From: Dehalococcoidia bacterium
GTDB taxonomy: Bacteria > Chloroflexota > Dehalococcoidia > JAENJB01
Reading direction: 5' to 3'
DNA: 44,245 nucleotides
Assembly: GCA_016844565.1 (NCBI GenBank)
Contig: JAENJB010000012.1
Coordinates: 1-44,245 of the forward strand
Positions 36,137-44,245 of this stretch are shown one piece after another (position 1 is the first letter of the stretch; every line of letters starts with the position of its first letter). The notes below the pieces were generated by a model. The model saw only the letters and a list, made by a program, of their open reading frames with translations, searched no databases and was not told the origin of the DNA. A program made the translations under genes and the position numbers.

Positions 36137-37390
36137 ATGGGAAAGACATTAGCTGAAAAGATACTGAGCCAGAAGTCCGGCCAGGACGCCAGAGCCGGAG
36201 ATATCGTCATAGCCCGCGTGGACCTGGTCTTTCTCCAGGATACCACCGGCCCACTGACGGCGAGGCAGTTCCAGGCGACCGGCTTCCAGAAGCCGGCCAA
36301 TCCCAAAGCGTGCCGAATCTTCATTGACCACGCCGCTCCATCTCCCAGCCGTGAGCTGGCGGACGACCACATCTTCCTGCGCCACTTCGCTCGCGAGACC
36401 GGTTGCGGCCTTTCGGACGTCGGAGAAGGCGTATGCCACCAGCTGGTGGCCGAGCTCTGGGCCAACCCCGGCGACGTCATCGTGGGGGCTGATTCGCACA
36501 CCGTCACCGCCGGCGGAGTGGGTGCCTTCGCCACCGGGATGGGCTCGAGCGACGTGGCCATCGCCATGGCCCTGGGCCAGACGTGGTTCCGTGTGCCAGA
36601 GACCTTCAAGATAGCCGGCGAAGGGGACATGGCCAGAGGGGTCACCGCCAAAGACATTATCCTCTATCTCATCGGACAGCTCGGCGCCGACGGCGCCACC
36701 TATAAGTCATTGGAGTTCGTTGGCTCCGCCTTTTCCAAGATGAATATGGAGGGAAGGCTCACTATCGCCAACATGGCCATCGAAGCGGGCGCCAAGGTGG
36801 GGCTTTTCCCTTCCGACCGCGTCACCAGGGACTTCCTCAAAGCCGGGGGGCGCGGCGCCCGCTATCAGCCCATCCAGCCCGACGCCGACGCCACCTACGA
36901 GCGGGTGGTGGAGGTTGATATCTCCCGTCTGGAGCCGATGGTGGCCCGCCCTCACACCGTCGACAATGTCGTGCCCGCCAGAGAGCTAAAAGGCACCAGG
37001 ATCGAGCAAGTCCTTCTGGGTACCTGCACCAACGGCCGGCTGGGAGACCTGGCTCTCGCAGCCTCCATCCTCAAGGGCAAGAAGTGCCACCCTGAGACCC
37101 GGCTTGTGGTAGCTCCAGCCTCCCGGGCCGTCTTCAAAGCCGCTATTGAGGCGGGATACATCACCGACCTGCTGGATGCAGGGGCCGCCATAGTCACCGC
37201 CGGCTGCGGACCCTGCCTCGGGCTGCACCAGGGCGCCCTTGGCAAGGGGGAGTCTTGCCTCTCCACCTCGAACCGCAATTTCAAGGGGCGCATGGGTAAT
37301 CCCGAGGGCTTCATCTATCTGGCCAGCCCCGCTACCGCGGCGGCCACCGCCCTGAGAGGGGAAATCACCGACCCCCGTGAGGTGATATAA
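36137..37390 (+). CDS. aconitase-superfamily dehydratase large subunit (LeuC/HacA-type)
   Basis: A 417-aa archaeal-type LeuC: DLVFLQDTTGP, GADSHT and LGTCTNGR...GCGPCLG cluster ligands. Confidence 0.85.
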   Translation: MGKTLAEKILSQKSGQDARAGDIVIARVDLVFLQDTTGPLTARQFQATGFQKPANPKACRIFIDHAAPSPSRELADDHIFLRHFARETGCGLSDVGEGVCHQLVAELWANPGDVIVGADSHTVTAGGVGAFATGMGSSDVAIAMALGQTWFRVPETFKIAGEGDMARGVTAKDIILYLIGQLGADGATYKSLEFVGSAFSKMNMEGRLTIANMAIEAGAKVGLFPSDRVTRDFLKAGGRGARYQPIQPDADATYERVVEVDISRLEPMVARPHTVDNVVPARELKGTRIEQVLLGTCTNGRLGDLALAASILKGKKCHPETRLVVAPASRAVFKAAIEAGYITDLLDAGAAIVTAGCGPCLGLHQGALGKGESCLSTSNRNFKGRMGNPEGFIYLASPATAAATALRGEITDPREVI

Positions 37391-37397
37391 TTCTTCC

Positions 37398-37898
37398 GTG
37401 ATCAAAGGCAAGGCTCATAAGTTCGGAGACGATATCTCCACCGACCTCATTGTGCCGGGGCGGCTAGCGCACCTGCGCAGCAATCTCCCTGAGCTGGCGA
37501 AGCACGTGCTGGAGGATGCCGACCCCACCTTCGCCGGACGGGTCAAGCCCGGCGACTTCGTGGTCGCCGGCAAGAACTTCGGCATGGGCTCCAGCCGCGA
37601 GCATGCCCCGCTGGTCATAAAGATGGCCGGCGTCAGCGCCGTCCTCGCGCGGTCGGTGGCCCGTATCTTCTTCCGCAACGCCATCAACCAGGGCCTCCCC
37701 ATTCTGATTTGCGACACCTCCCGGATATCAAACGGCGACGAGCTCGAAGTGGACATGGCCCGGGGGATGGTCAACGACATCACTTCAGGCGTGGAGCTGA
37801 GCTTCGGCAAGATTCCTCCGGTGATGATGGCCATACTGGGAAGCGGCGGGCTCATACCCTATATTCAGAAATACAAAGGCTTCCAGCTCCCCGACTGA
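37398..37898 (+). CDS. aconitase-superfamily dehydratase small subunit (LeuD/HacB-type)
   Basis: GDDISTDLIVPG...GKNFGMGSSREHAP swivel-domain motifs. GTG start. Confidence 0.85.
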   Translation: MIKGKAHKFGDDISTDLIVPGRLAHLRSNLPELAKHVLEDADPTFAGRVKPGDFVVAGKNFGMGSSREHAPLVIKMAGVSAVLARSVARIFFRNAINQGLPILICDTSRISNGDELEVDMARGMVNDITSGVELSFGKIPPVMMAILGSGGLIPYIQKYKGFQLPD

Positions 37899-37940
37899 AA
37901 GTCGGGGGGTGGCTGGAAAGAAAGCCGAGGACCACTCCTG

Positions 37941-39029
37941 ATGGCAGCGTACAATATCACTCTCATCCCCGGGGACGGCGTGGGACCCGAAGTAACCGAG
38001 GCCGCCAAGAGGGTCCTTGAGGCCACCGGGGTGACCTTTCACTGGGAGCTGGGCTATGCGGGAGACGGGGCACAGGACAAGTATGGCACCCCCCTGCCGG
38101 ACCATGTCCTCGAATCCATCAGGAGGAACAAGGTGGCCCTCAAGGGGCCGGTAACCACTCCCGTGGGCTACGGCTTCCGCAGCGTCAACGTGGCTCTCCG
38201 CAAGAAGCTCGACCTCTATGCCTGCCTGCGGCCCTGCAAGACCTATCCCGGAGTGCCCACCCGGTACAAGAATATCGACATCGTGGTCGTCCGCGAGAAC
38301 ACCGAGGACCTGTACGCCGGCATTGAGTTCCAGAAAGGCAGCCCCGGGGCCGCCGATCTGATACGCCTCATCGGCGAGACCGGCAACGGTCCCGTGGGCC
38401 AGGACGCCGGCTTCAGTCTCAAGGTAATCACCGAGCATGGCTCTCGCCGCATTGTGAAGTTCGCCTTTGAATACGCCCGCGCCCACAACCGCAAGCGGGT
38501 GACCGCCATCCACAAGGCCAATATTCTGAAGTTCTCCGACGGCCTTTTCCTCTCCGTGGCCAGAGAGGTGGCCAAAGAATACCCGGATATCCGCTTCGAC
38601 GACATGATAGTGGACACGCTGTGCATGAGACTGGTGCTGAGGCCGGAGCTGTTCGATATCATCGTGCTCCCCAACCTCTACGGGGACTTCGTCTCCGAGC
38701 TGTGCGCCGGGCTAATCGGCGGTCTCGGCATAGCTCCCGGCGCCAATCTCAGCGACAGCATAGGCGTCTTTGAACCCACCCATGGCAGCGCCCCCAAGTA
38801 CGCCGGACAGAACAAGGTCAATCCCATGGCTATGATGCTTTCCGGCGTCATGATGCTGCGCCATCTGCGGGAGACCAGCGCCGCCGACAGGCTGGAAGCA
38901 GCCATATCTAAGGTCCTCGCTGAAGGGAAGACGGTCACCTACGACCTCAAAACCAACCCGGGCGATACCGCCGCCCGTACCTATGAAGTGGCCGACGCCG
39001 TTATCGAGAAGCTAAAAGGGATAAAATAA
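37941..39029 (+). CDS. icd: isocitrate dehydrogenase (NAD-IDH-like member of the isocitrate/isopropylmalate dehydrogenase family)
   Basis: LIPGDGVGPEV, ALKGPVTTPVGYGFRSVNVALRKKLDLYACLRPC (IDH-type rather than LeuB-type) and NLYGD. Confidence 0.75.
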   Translation: MAAYNITLIPGDGVGPEVTEAAKRVLEATGVTFHWELGYAGDGAQDKYGTPLPDHVLESIRRNKVALKGPVTTPVGYGFRSVNVALRKKLDLYACLRPCKTYPGVPTRYKNIDIVVVRENTEDLYAGIEFQKGSPGAADLIRLIGETGNGPVGQDAGFSLKVITEHGSRRIVKFAFEYARAHNRKRVTAIHKANILKFSDGLFLSVAREVAKEYPDIRFDDMIVDTLCMRLVLRPELFDIIVLPNLYGDFVSELCAGLIGGLGIAPGANLSDSIGVFEPTHGSAPKYAGQNKVNPMAMMLSGVMMLRHLRETSAADRLEAAISKVLAEGKTVTYDLKTNPGDTAARTYEVADAVIEKLKGIK

Positions 39030-39971
39030 GTGCGCAATAAGGTGACCGTGGTGGGCGCCGGCAACGTCGGCGCCACCTGCGCCCAATACCTTTTCGAAAA
39101 AGGCTTCGCCGATGTCGTGCTGGCCGACGTGGTCAAGGGCCTGCCTCAGGGCAAAGCCCTGGACCTCTCTCATGCCAGCCCCATCCTCAACACCGACGCG
39201 CGCATCAACGGCACCAATAGTTATGAGGACACCGCCGGCTCCGACGTCGTCGTCATCACCGCCGGCGTCGCCCGCAAGCCCGGCATGAGCCGCGACGACC
39301 TCCTCCTCACCAATGCCAGGATTGTGCGCCAGGTGACGGAGCAAGCGGCCGGATTCTCTCCTGAGAGCATCCTTATCGTAGTCTCCAATCCGCTCGATGC
39401 CATGACCTATCTCGCCCTTCACACCAGCCGGTTCCCCCGCCAACGGGTCCTGGGCATGTCCGGTGCGCTGGATAGCGCCAGATTCAGAAGCCTGGTGGCG
39501 ATGGAACTCGGCGCCTCGGTCAGCGACGTCTCCGCCATCGTCCTCGGCGGGCATGGCGATGCCATGGTACCTCTGCCGCGGCTTTGCACGGTGGGCGGCA
39601 TCCCGCTGGAGTCCCTGCTGCCTCCTGACAGGATTGAGCGCCTGGTAGCTCGAACCATAAACGCCGGCGCCGAGATTGTGGCGCTGCTGCAGACCGGCAG
39701 CGCCTACTATGCCCCGGGAGCCGCGATTGCCGCGATGGTGGAGGCCATCCTCCTGGACAGGAAGAGGATAATGCCCTGCGCCGTCTACCTCGATGGAGAG
39801 TACGGCATCAAGGGCACTGTAGCCGGCGTGCCGGTGAAGCTGGGACGGCGGGGCGTGGAGGAGGTAATCGAATTGGAGCTGACCCCGCCGGAGATGGCTG
39901 CCTTGAAGAAATCCGCTGAGGGGGTGAAGGAGTTGATAAACGTCATGCAGACGGGGGAGGCAAAGCAATGA
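39030..39971 (+). CDS. mdh: malate dehydrogenase (LDH-like family)
   Basis: [29 protein letters not shown] (the Arg specifying MDH) and GGHGD. Confidence 0.9.
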   Translation: MRNKVTVVGAGNVGATCAQYLFEKGFADVVLADVVKGLPQGKALDLSHASPILNTDARINGTNSYEDTAGSDVVVITAGVARKPGMSRDDLLLTNARIVRQVTEQAAGFSPESILIVVSNPLDAMTYLALHTSRFPRQRVLGMSGALDSARFRSLVAMELGASVSDVSAIVLGGHGDAMVPLPRLCTVGGIPLESLLPPDRIERLVARTINAGAEIVALLQTGSAYYAPGAAIAAMVEAILLDRKRIMPCAVYLDGEYGIKGTVAGVPVKLGRRGVEEVIELELTPPEMAALKKSAEGVKELINVMQTGEAKQ

Positions 39972-40834
39972 AGCTGGTCTGCTCCGTTGATAGGATAACC
40001 GAGCTCAAGCCGGCCAGGGTCAAGGCAGCCCTCGACAAGGACAAGAAAGGCGAGTTCATTCTCCTCGACGTTCGCACGCCTGAGGAATTCCAGATAGGAC
40101 ACATCCACGGCGCCCATCTGATTCCCATCGGAGAGTTGGAGGCCAGACACGAGGAGCTGGACAAGACGAAGAAGATCATTACCTACTGCCGGAGCGGGCC
40201 CAGGAGCATGGCGGCGAGCCTCATGCTCTGCGGGCTGGGCTTTCCCCACCTCTACCACCTGGAAGGCGGACTCAAGGCCTGGAACTTCGAAATCGAGGCC
40301 GGCCCCACCAGGCAGAAACCGGTGATGATATCGGGAAACGAAGCAGTGGCCGATATCCTCATGGTCGCCATGAAGATGGAGAAAGGCGCCTGGACATTCT
40401 ATAGCAGAGCCAAAGAGAAGATGGCCGGACCACAATCGGCGGAGCTCTTCGGCATGCTCGCGCAGGTGGAGGAAAGCCATCTCGAGCTAATCTACCATCG
40501 CTATGTGGAAATCCTCGGTTCGGGCAGCCTGCCGCCCCTGCCGAAGTTAAAACAGGAACTGACGGCCGAGTACATGGAAGGCAACATAGAGGTCAACAAG
40601 GAACTGCTCAAGCTCGAGCGGGCACCCTTCAAAGATGAGTTGGAAGCCCACGAAATCGCTCTGGAGATTGAATACCTGTCTCTGGACTTCTATACCCGCT
40701 CGGCAGCCCTGGTCACCGATCCCAAATCGAGCCAGGTACTGCGCGAACTGGGAGAAGCCGACCGCAGGCATATCGCCCTCATCACCGAGATGCTCAGCCG
40801 CTTGGTGAAGCCACAAGGCCTCAGCGGCGCTTAG
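39968..40834 (+). CDS. rhodanese domain fused to a ferritin-like (rubrerythrin-type four-helix) domain
   Basis: [16 protein letters not shown]...YCRSGPRS (rhodanese active-site loop), then AMKMEKG...QVEESHLE...ALEIEYLS...ADRRH helix pairs. The ATG overlaps the mdh TGA (ATGA). Confidence 0.7.
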   Translation: MKLVCSVDRITELKPARVKAALDKDKKGEFILLDVRTPEEFQIGHIHGAHLIPIGELEARHEELDKTKKIITYCRSGPRSMAASLMLCGLGFPHLYHLEGGLKAWNFEIEAGPTRQKPVMISGNEAVADILMVAMKMEKGAWTFYSRAKEKMAGPQSAELFGMLAQVEESHLELIYHRYVEILGSGSLPPLPKLKQELTAEYMEGNIEVNKELLKLERAPFKDELEAHEIALEIEYLSLDFYTRSAALVTDPKSSQVLRELGEADRRHIALITEMLSRLVKPQGLSGA

Positions 40835-40858
40835 TCGCCGGCTTGCCGCAAGAGAATT

Positions 40859-41022
40859 CCTCTCCCTCGACGGGAGAGGCTAGAGTCTGCCCTGAGCTTG
40901 CCGAAGGGGTGAGGGTGAAATCTCAGCATAAGCTAAAGCCCCCTCTCTCTAACTCTCCCCCTCAAGGGGCTTTGCCCCAAAAGTACCGTCCCTGTGTCAT
41001 TCTGAACGAAGTGAAGAATCTC
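40859..41022. repeat. composite intergenic repeat array (hairpin, tctgccctgagcttgccgaagg module and gtcattctgaacgaagtgaagaatctc arm)
   Basis: It shares the hairpin plus tagaNNctgNcctgagcttgNcgaagg block with 35948-35999. The terminal arm is related to 1269-1306. Confidence 0.8.
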
Positions 41023-41109
41023 GGAGCGGTGGGGCCTGTTTGTGCATTACTAATCCCACCAGAGCTTAAAAAGGAGAGAGGATTGTCTGGCTTTCTGTGC
41101 AAGCAGGTA

Positions 41110-41649
41110 CTAGTAGGATGACCCGCCACCGGATGGAGGTGGGAGGGGTGGGGATGCAGAAGAAGCGCCATCCTGGACTATTATCGTTGCTGTCATGGAG
41201 GGGTGGATGCCGCAGCGATAAGCAAAGGCGCCCGCTGTGGCAAAGGTATAGGGAAAGGAAGCCCCCTGAGACAGCGTGCTACTAACAAAGGCTCCACCAG
41301 CCACAATGTGGGCGACCGACTCCTGGTTCACCCAGGTGACCTTGTCTCCCCTCTTGATAGTCAAGGTTGAAGGATTGAAAGCAAAACCACTGATAGTGAC
41401 CGTGTACGCGGTCCCGGGTGAGGCCGGCGGTGGCGAAGGTGGCGCGGGTGGAGGCGGAGGTAGTGGTAGGGGTGGTGTAGCTGGGGGCAGCGAGGGCGGA
41501 GGCGGCGGAGGGGTGGGAGCGGGAATCGTTGCAGGCGCCGGCGCCGCAGGGGCGGGCTGAGGCGCTTGAGGAGCACACGCCACTAGAGAGACCATTAAAG
41601 CTATGGCTGAAATGGCCGGGACCAGCTTCCAATGAAAGACTCCTGACAT
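41110..41649 (-). CDS. type-1 copper (cupredoxin, plastocyanin/amicyanin-like) lipoprotein with a Pro-rich linker
   Basis: Signal ...MVSLVAC, a P/A-rich linker, and a cupredoxin core ...VTWVNQESVAH...YRCGIHPSM (H...C..H..M ligands). AGGAGG RBS. Confidence 0.8.
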   Translation of the reverse strand: MSGVFHWKLVPAISAIALMVSLVACAPQAPQPAPAAPAPATIPAPTPPPPPPSLPPATPPLPLPPPPPAPPSPPPASPGTAYTVTISGFAFNPSTLTIKRGDKVTWVNQESVAHIVAGGAFVSSTLSQGASFPYTFATAGAFAYRCGIHPSMTATIIVQDGASSASPPLPPPSGGGSSY

Positions 41650-41678
41650 CTTCTCCTCCTTTCACCCCCAACCCGGGC

Positions 41679-42254
41679 CTACCCCACCCGTTCCAAGTAT
41701 TGGCCTGTCCGCGTATCTACCTTGATTACGTCGCCTTCGTTGACAAAGAAAGGCACCTGAATGGCCGCGCCCGTCTCCAACTTTGCTGGCTTGGACCCGG
41801 CGCTGGCCGTATCTCCCCTGAAGCCCGGAGGCGTTTCCGCCACCTTGAGGTTGACGGTGATGGGCAGCGTCACCGTCACCGTTTCACTGTCGTGCAACAG
41901 TAACTCTACCTCGGTCCCCTCCTTGAGATAAGGCACGATGTCCGCAATGCGCTCGCGCGGAAGGAAAGTCTGCTCAAAATTCTCCGAGTCCATGAAGTGG
42001 TAATCGCCCTGGTCCTCATAAAGATACTCGGCCTTGTGGTACTCCACATAGGCCCGCGGCAGGTGGTCGCTCGTCTGGAAGGCCCTCTCACTCAGGATAC
42101 CGGTGCTCAGGTCCTTTAGTTTGAGCCTTATGCGGGCCTCCGAGTTCCCCTTACCCAGCTTGAAGTGCTCGTAGCTGACAACAGCATAAAGCCCGTCGCC
42201 GAACTCCATGACCATTCCCTTTTTCAACTCGCTGATGCCAATCATCTGGGGCAT
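41679..42254 (-). CDS. efp: translation elongation factor P
   Basis: ELKKGMVMEF.DGLYAVVSYEHFKLGKGNSEARIRLKLKDL...and the ETPPGFRGDTASAGSKPAKLETGA signature. The start is ambiguous among GTG 42260, ATG 42254 and ATG 42245. Confidence 0.9.
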   Translation of the reverse strand: MPQMIGISELKKGMVMEFGDGLYAVVSYEHFKLGKGNSEARIRLKLKDLSTGILSERAFQTSDHLPRAYVEYHKAEYLYEDQGDYHFMDSENFEQTFLPRERIADIVPYLKEGTEVELLLHDSETVTVTLPITVNLKVAETPPGFRGDTASAGSKPAKLETGAAIQVPFFVNEGDVIKVDTRTGQYLERVG

Positions 42255-42349
42255 AGACACAAACCTCGAAAAGACTGCGTCCTGGAGAAAACAGCCACCA
42301 TTGTATAGATTATGCCTGCAGTGGTCAAACTAGTACTTAGTTGCAGCAG

Positions 42350-42502
42350 CCCTTCTCTGTCATTCCCGCGAAAGCGGCCCCCGGTAGGCTATCATTGCGA
42401 GCCCATCCCGACTTGACGGGAGGGCGAAGCAATCTCTGAGCCACTAGTACCGCATGAGATTGCTTCGGGGCTTTGCCCCTCGCAATGACACAGAGAGAAG
42501 GG
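42350..42502. repeat. palindromic intergenic repeat element (cattgcgag/cgaagcaatc family), complete copy with outer arms
   Basis: Outer inverted repeat cccttctctgtcat / atgacacagagagaaggg. The inner unit at 42389-42488 is collinear with 12686-12783. Confidence 0.85.
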
Positions 42503-42539
42503 CCGCTCCTGACAGACCTGGGACGAATTCCGGCCCGGG

Positions 42540-42569
42540 TTGACACCAGCGCTAGCTAGAATCTAAAAT
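42540..42569 (+). promoter_or_regulatory. promoter (TTGACA-N18-TAAAAT) of the tRNA-Phe/Leu/Gln operon
   Basis: The hexamers end 9 nt before the tRNA-Phe 5' end. Confidence 0.55.
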
Positions 42570-42578
42570 GTCGCTTGC

Positions 42579-42652
<74 letters not shown>

Positions 42653-42682
42653 TTTCGCAACAGAACTCATCCGAAGGTGAAG

Positions 42683-42771
42683 GCCGAAGTGGCGGAACAG
42701 GTAGACGCGACAGTCTCAAAAACTGTTGGGGGGCAACCCTCGTGTCGGTTCGAGTCCGACCTTCGGCACCA
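42683..42771 (+). tRNA. tRNA-Leu (anticodon CAA), long variable arm, CCA encoded
   Basis: Acceptor gccgaag/cttcggc, anticodon stem acagt/actgt with loop ctCAAaa, a long extra arm and T loop ggttcgagtcc. Confidence 0.9.
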
Positions 42772-42798
42772 GATTGCCTACAGCGAGTGGAACAACGG

Positions 42799-42872
42799 TG
42801 CCCCGTTGTGTAGTGGTAGCACAGAGGACTTTGGATCCTTGAGCCCAGGTTCGAATCCTGGCGGGGCAGCCA
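42799..42872 (+). tRNA. tRNA-Gln (anticodon TTG), CCA encoded
   Basis: Acceptor tgccccg/cggggca (U1:A72), anticodon loop ctTTGga, T arm ccagg-ttcgaat-cctgg. Confidence 0.9.
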
Positions 42873-43191
42873 GTAAGAGCAATAAGACCGGCAACATATT
42901 CCCCTGACCCTTGAGTGGAGAGGGTGTCTTTATATCTTAGTCACAACAGCCAGGCTCACCGTGATGGCCGCAGCAATTCTGGCGTTTCCGTATTTTGATA
43001 AGACTGTTGCGGAAGACCAGGTAGATTCTCTTGTGAAAAGGCATCCGTACCGACATATTGGTGAAAAAGGCTTTCAGGGAGGGTATCTCGGACCTCCTTC
43101 GCACTGCCCCATCAGGCTGGCAGCATCCATGTGATATCAGGGAGAACTTTCAGATCGGCCCTGGCTCCTGTCTGGCCTGGTTCGAAACCCC

Positions 43192-43803
43192 TCAGCAGAC
43201 GGCCACGGTAGCACAACGGCGGCGTTCCAGCAGCCCCGGAAGCCCTTGCCTCGCCCGCAGCACTGTCGCGCCCGAGAAGCTCTTACTTCCTTCCCCAACG
43301 CAACGGCTGGTCCCGGCTCGCCGGGACTCCTCTCCGGCACACAGGCGCTCGGGCTGCTGCCGTCCCCGCTGCTCCCCTCCCCACGGCCATTTCTCCGGCA
43401 CGATGTTGTCTGCGCACTTCCTCGCAAGCTCCCATTTCGGGGTGATCACGCGTATGCCTGGAAGCGAACGCCCTTTTTCACTGTCGCGTTTTCCATAGCT
43501 ATCGAGATTAGCCGGGAGTTTGAAAGCCTCCATATCAGCCATCGGGCGGTAAGGCAGGCTTCTATTGGCGTTGCGGGTTACTCTGACCGGCGCGGTCTGC
43601 CGGGTGAGTAGAATGTAGCCAATCGGCTTGTAATATTCGCCCCAGTTCTCAAGCAAAGCCTGCAAGCGTTCATAGCTTTCCGGTCTCTGCTTTCTGAAAT
43701 GCGTGTAAGAAGCAAACAAAAGCGTAACACCCAGCATGGTAGTGAACGGCTCCGGGAGAGCAATCAGGAATATGCCGAAGCCTCTTAGTAGTCGTCTTGA
43801 CAT
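43192..43803 (-). CDS. hypothetical protein (N-terminal membrane segment; the C-terminal third is of doubtful coding quality)
   Basis: It is the only sizeable ORF between the tRNA genes. The N-terminal 110 aa look protein-like (one TM, mixed composition). The C-terminal part is R/G-rich and overlaps a GC-rich stretch. No family recognised. Confidence 0.3.
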   Translation of the reverse strand: MSRRLLRGFGIFLIALPEPFTTMLGVTLLFASYTHFRKQRPESYERLQALLENWGEYYKPIGYILLTRQTAPVRVTRNANRSLPYRPMADMEAFKLPANLDSYGKRDSEKGRSLPGIRVITPKWELARKCADNIVPEKWPWGGEQRGRQQPERLCAGEESRRAGTSRCVGEGSKSFSGATVLRARQGLPGLLERRRCATVAVC

Positions 43804-43940
43804 CTACTTACTAACATCTCTCGCCAGGGAAACAATATCTCAGGCGGCAAATGCGGGTAAAGAAGCCTGAGGGTCACAGTTTACAACTTTGCGCCCCGTT
43901 GTCAAGCCATGTAGCCAGTGGCTTGCCCAGGAAACGGACG

Positions 43941-43969
43941 TTGAAGTTTCCGCTCCTGCCCATTACAAT
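43941..43969 (+). promoter_or_regulatory. candidate promoter (TTGAAG-N17-TACAAT) for tRNA-Asn
   Basis: The hexamers lie about 55 nt upstream of the tRNA 5' end. Confidence 0.45.
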
Positions 43970-44023
43970 ATCTGCCGCCGGCGTCAACCGGATCCGGGTT
44001 GCCCCACCGGTCGTATGGAGCGT

Positions 44024-44098
44024 TCCCCGATAGCTCAATGGTAGAGCGCGCGGCTGTTAACCGCTAGGTTCGTGGTTCGAATCCACGTCGGGGAGCCA
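44024..44098 (+). tRNA. tRNA-Asn (anticodon GTT), CCA encoded
   Basis: Acceptor tccccga/tcgggga, D arm gctc-aatggta-gagc, anticodon loop ctGTTaa, T arm cgtgg-ttcgaat-ccacg. Confidence 0.9.
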
Positions 44099-44131
44099 GT
44101 TGAAACCGGGATGGCAGATTCGTGAGGAGGT

Positions 44132-44245
44132 CTATTTCTCGTCTAATACGCCCGACGCCTTCTCAGCCACATCACCGGCCAGAGGGACCTTGAATAGCTC
44201 GCCGCGGTATGCCCTGACCATCAGCACCACCCACAGCACGAACAT
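44132..44245 (-). CDS. 3' end of a membrane protein gene, truncated by the window edge (hypothetical)
   Basis: Hand translation of the reverse strand gives ...FVLWVVLMVRAYRGELFKVPLAGDVAEKASGVLDEK-stop. It is open to the window edge. Confidence 0.4.
   Translation of the reverse strand: MFVLWVVLMVRAYRGELFKVPLAGDVAEKASGVLDEK

Noticed and set aside
35907-36152. ORFs lying within repeat elements (35907-36152, 40843-41121, 42337-42546, 12629-12832, 31832-32104, 31947-32162, 1253-1681).
   Set aside because: Their reading frames are produced by the palindromic repeat modules, and the same DNA is open on both strands. The peptides are the recurrent repeat-derived low-complexity strings.
39012-39968. 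A 318-aa ORF antisense to mdh, and similar long antisense ORFs: 34013-34852, 37785-38513, 12041-12877, 26455-27183, 7240-7866, 11333-11932, 25310-25834 and 4199-4621.
   Set aside because: Each lies fully inside a gene with unmistakable family motifs on the other strand. Their translations are R/G/P/A-rich with no motifs, which is typical stop-codon depletion in GC-rich DNA.
41400-41570. A G-rich, GGN-repeat tract on the plus strand, considered as a possible G-quadruplex or simple repeat.
   Set aside because: It is simply the reverse complement of the Pro/Ala-rich linker codons of the cupredoxin lipoprotein.
43058-43498. A 146-aa plus-strand ORF between the tRNA genes.
   Set aside because: It has an R/S/P-rich composition and no RBS. 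It is antisense to the somewhat more protein-like minus-strand ORF.

Overview
This is a 44.2-kb window of about 57-62% GC from a probably anaerobic bacterium. The gene content (LeuCD-like dehydratase, icd and mdh block; FixABCX; rubrerythrin and rubredoxin; dense 'cattgcgag/cgaagcaatc' palindromic repeats) suggests a Chloroflexota/Dehalococcoidia-like lineage, but that is inference only. All calls come from reading the ORF track and recognising motifs; no searches were run.

Most of the window is core metabolism and housekeeping:
- a frameshifted acs
- etfBA-fixCX, a nitrilase, rbr, pfkA, a beta-CASP nuclease, rubredoxin, era and an M20 peptidase
- lepA-hemW-eamA
- folP-folK-PTPS
- a biotin transcarboxylase set (12S plus 5S-BCCP)
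- leuCD-like/icd/mdh, efp and five tRNAs

Accessory or unusual content:
1. A lower-GC block (about 16.1-23.6 kb), entirely on the minus strand, sits next to tRNA-Val and a truncated serine-recombinase remnant. It encodes a two-component system, CcmH/CcdA/TlpA-type proteins, a CxxxC thioredoxin-fold protein, a CC-motif DsbD_2 membrane protein, and a SagB-type dehydrogenase followed directly by an unannotated 30-aa Cys-rich ORF.
2. A hicBA cassette is flanked by a 38-nt duplication of the PTPS gene 3' end.
3. A lipoprotein with a C-terminal Hint (intein/hedgehog-like) domain lies next to a serpin.
4. An ORF-free unit of about 340 nt has a stable-RNA-type promoter and an intrinsic terminator.
5. 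A modular palindromic repeat family fills at least six intergenic gaps and forms the folP tail.
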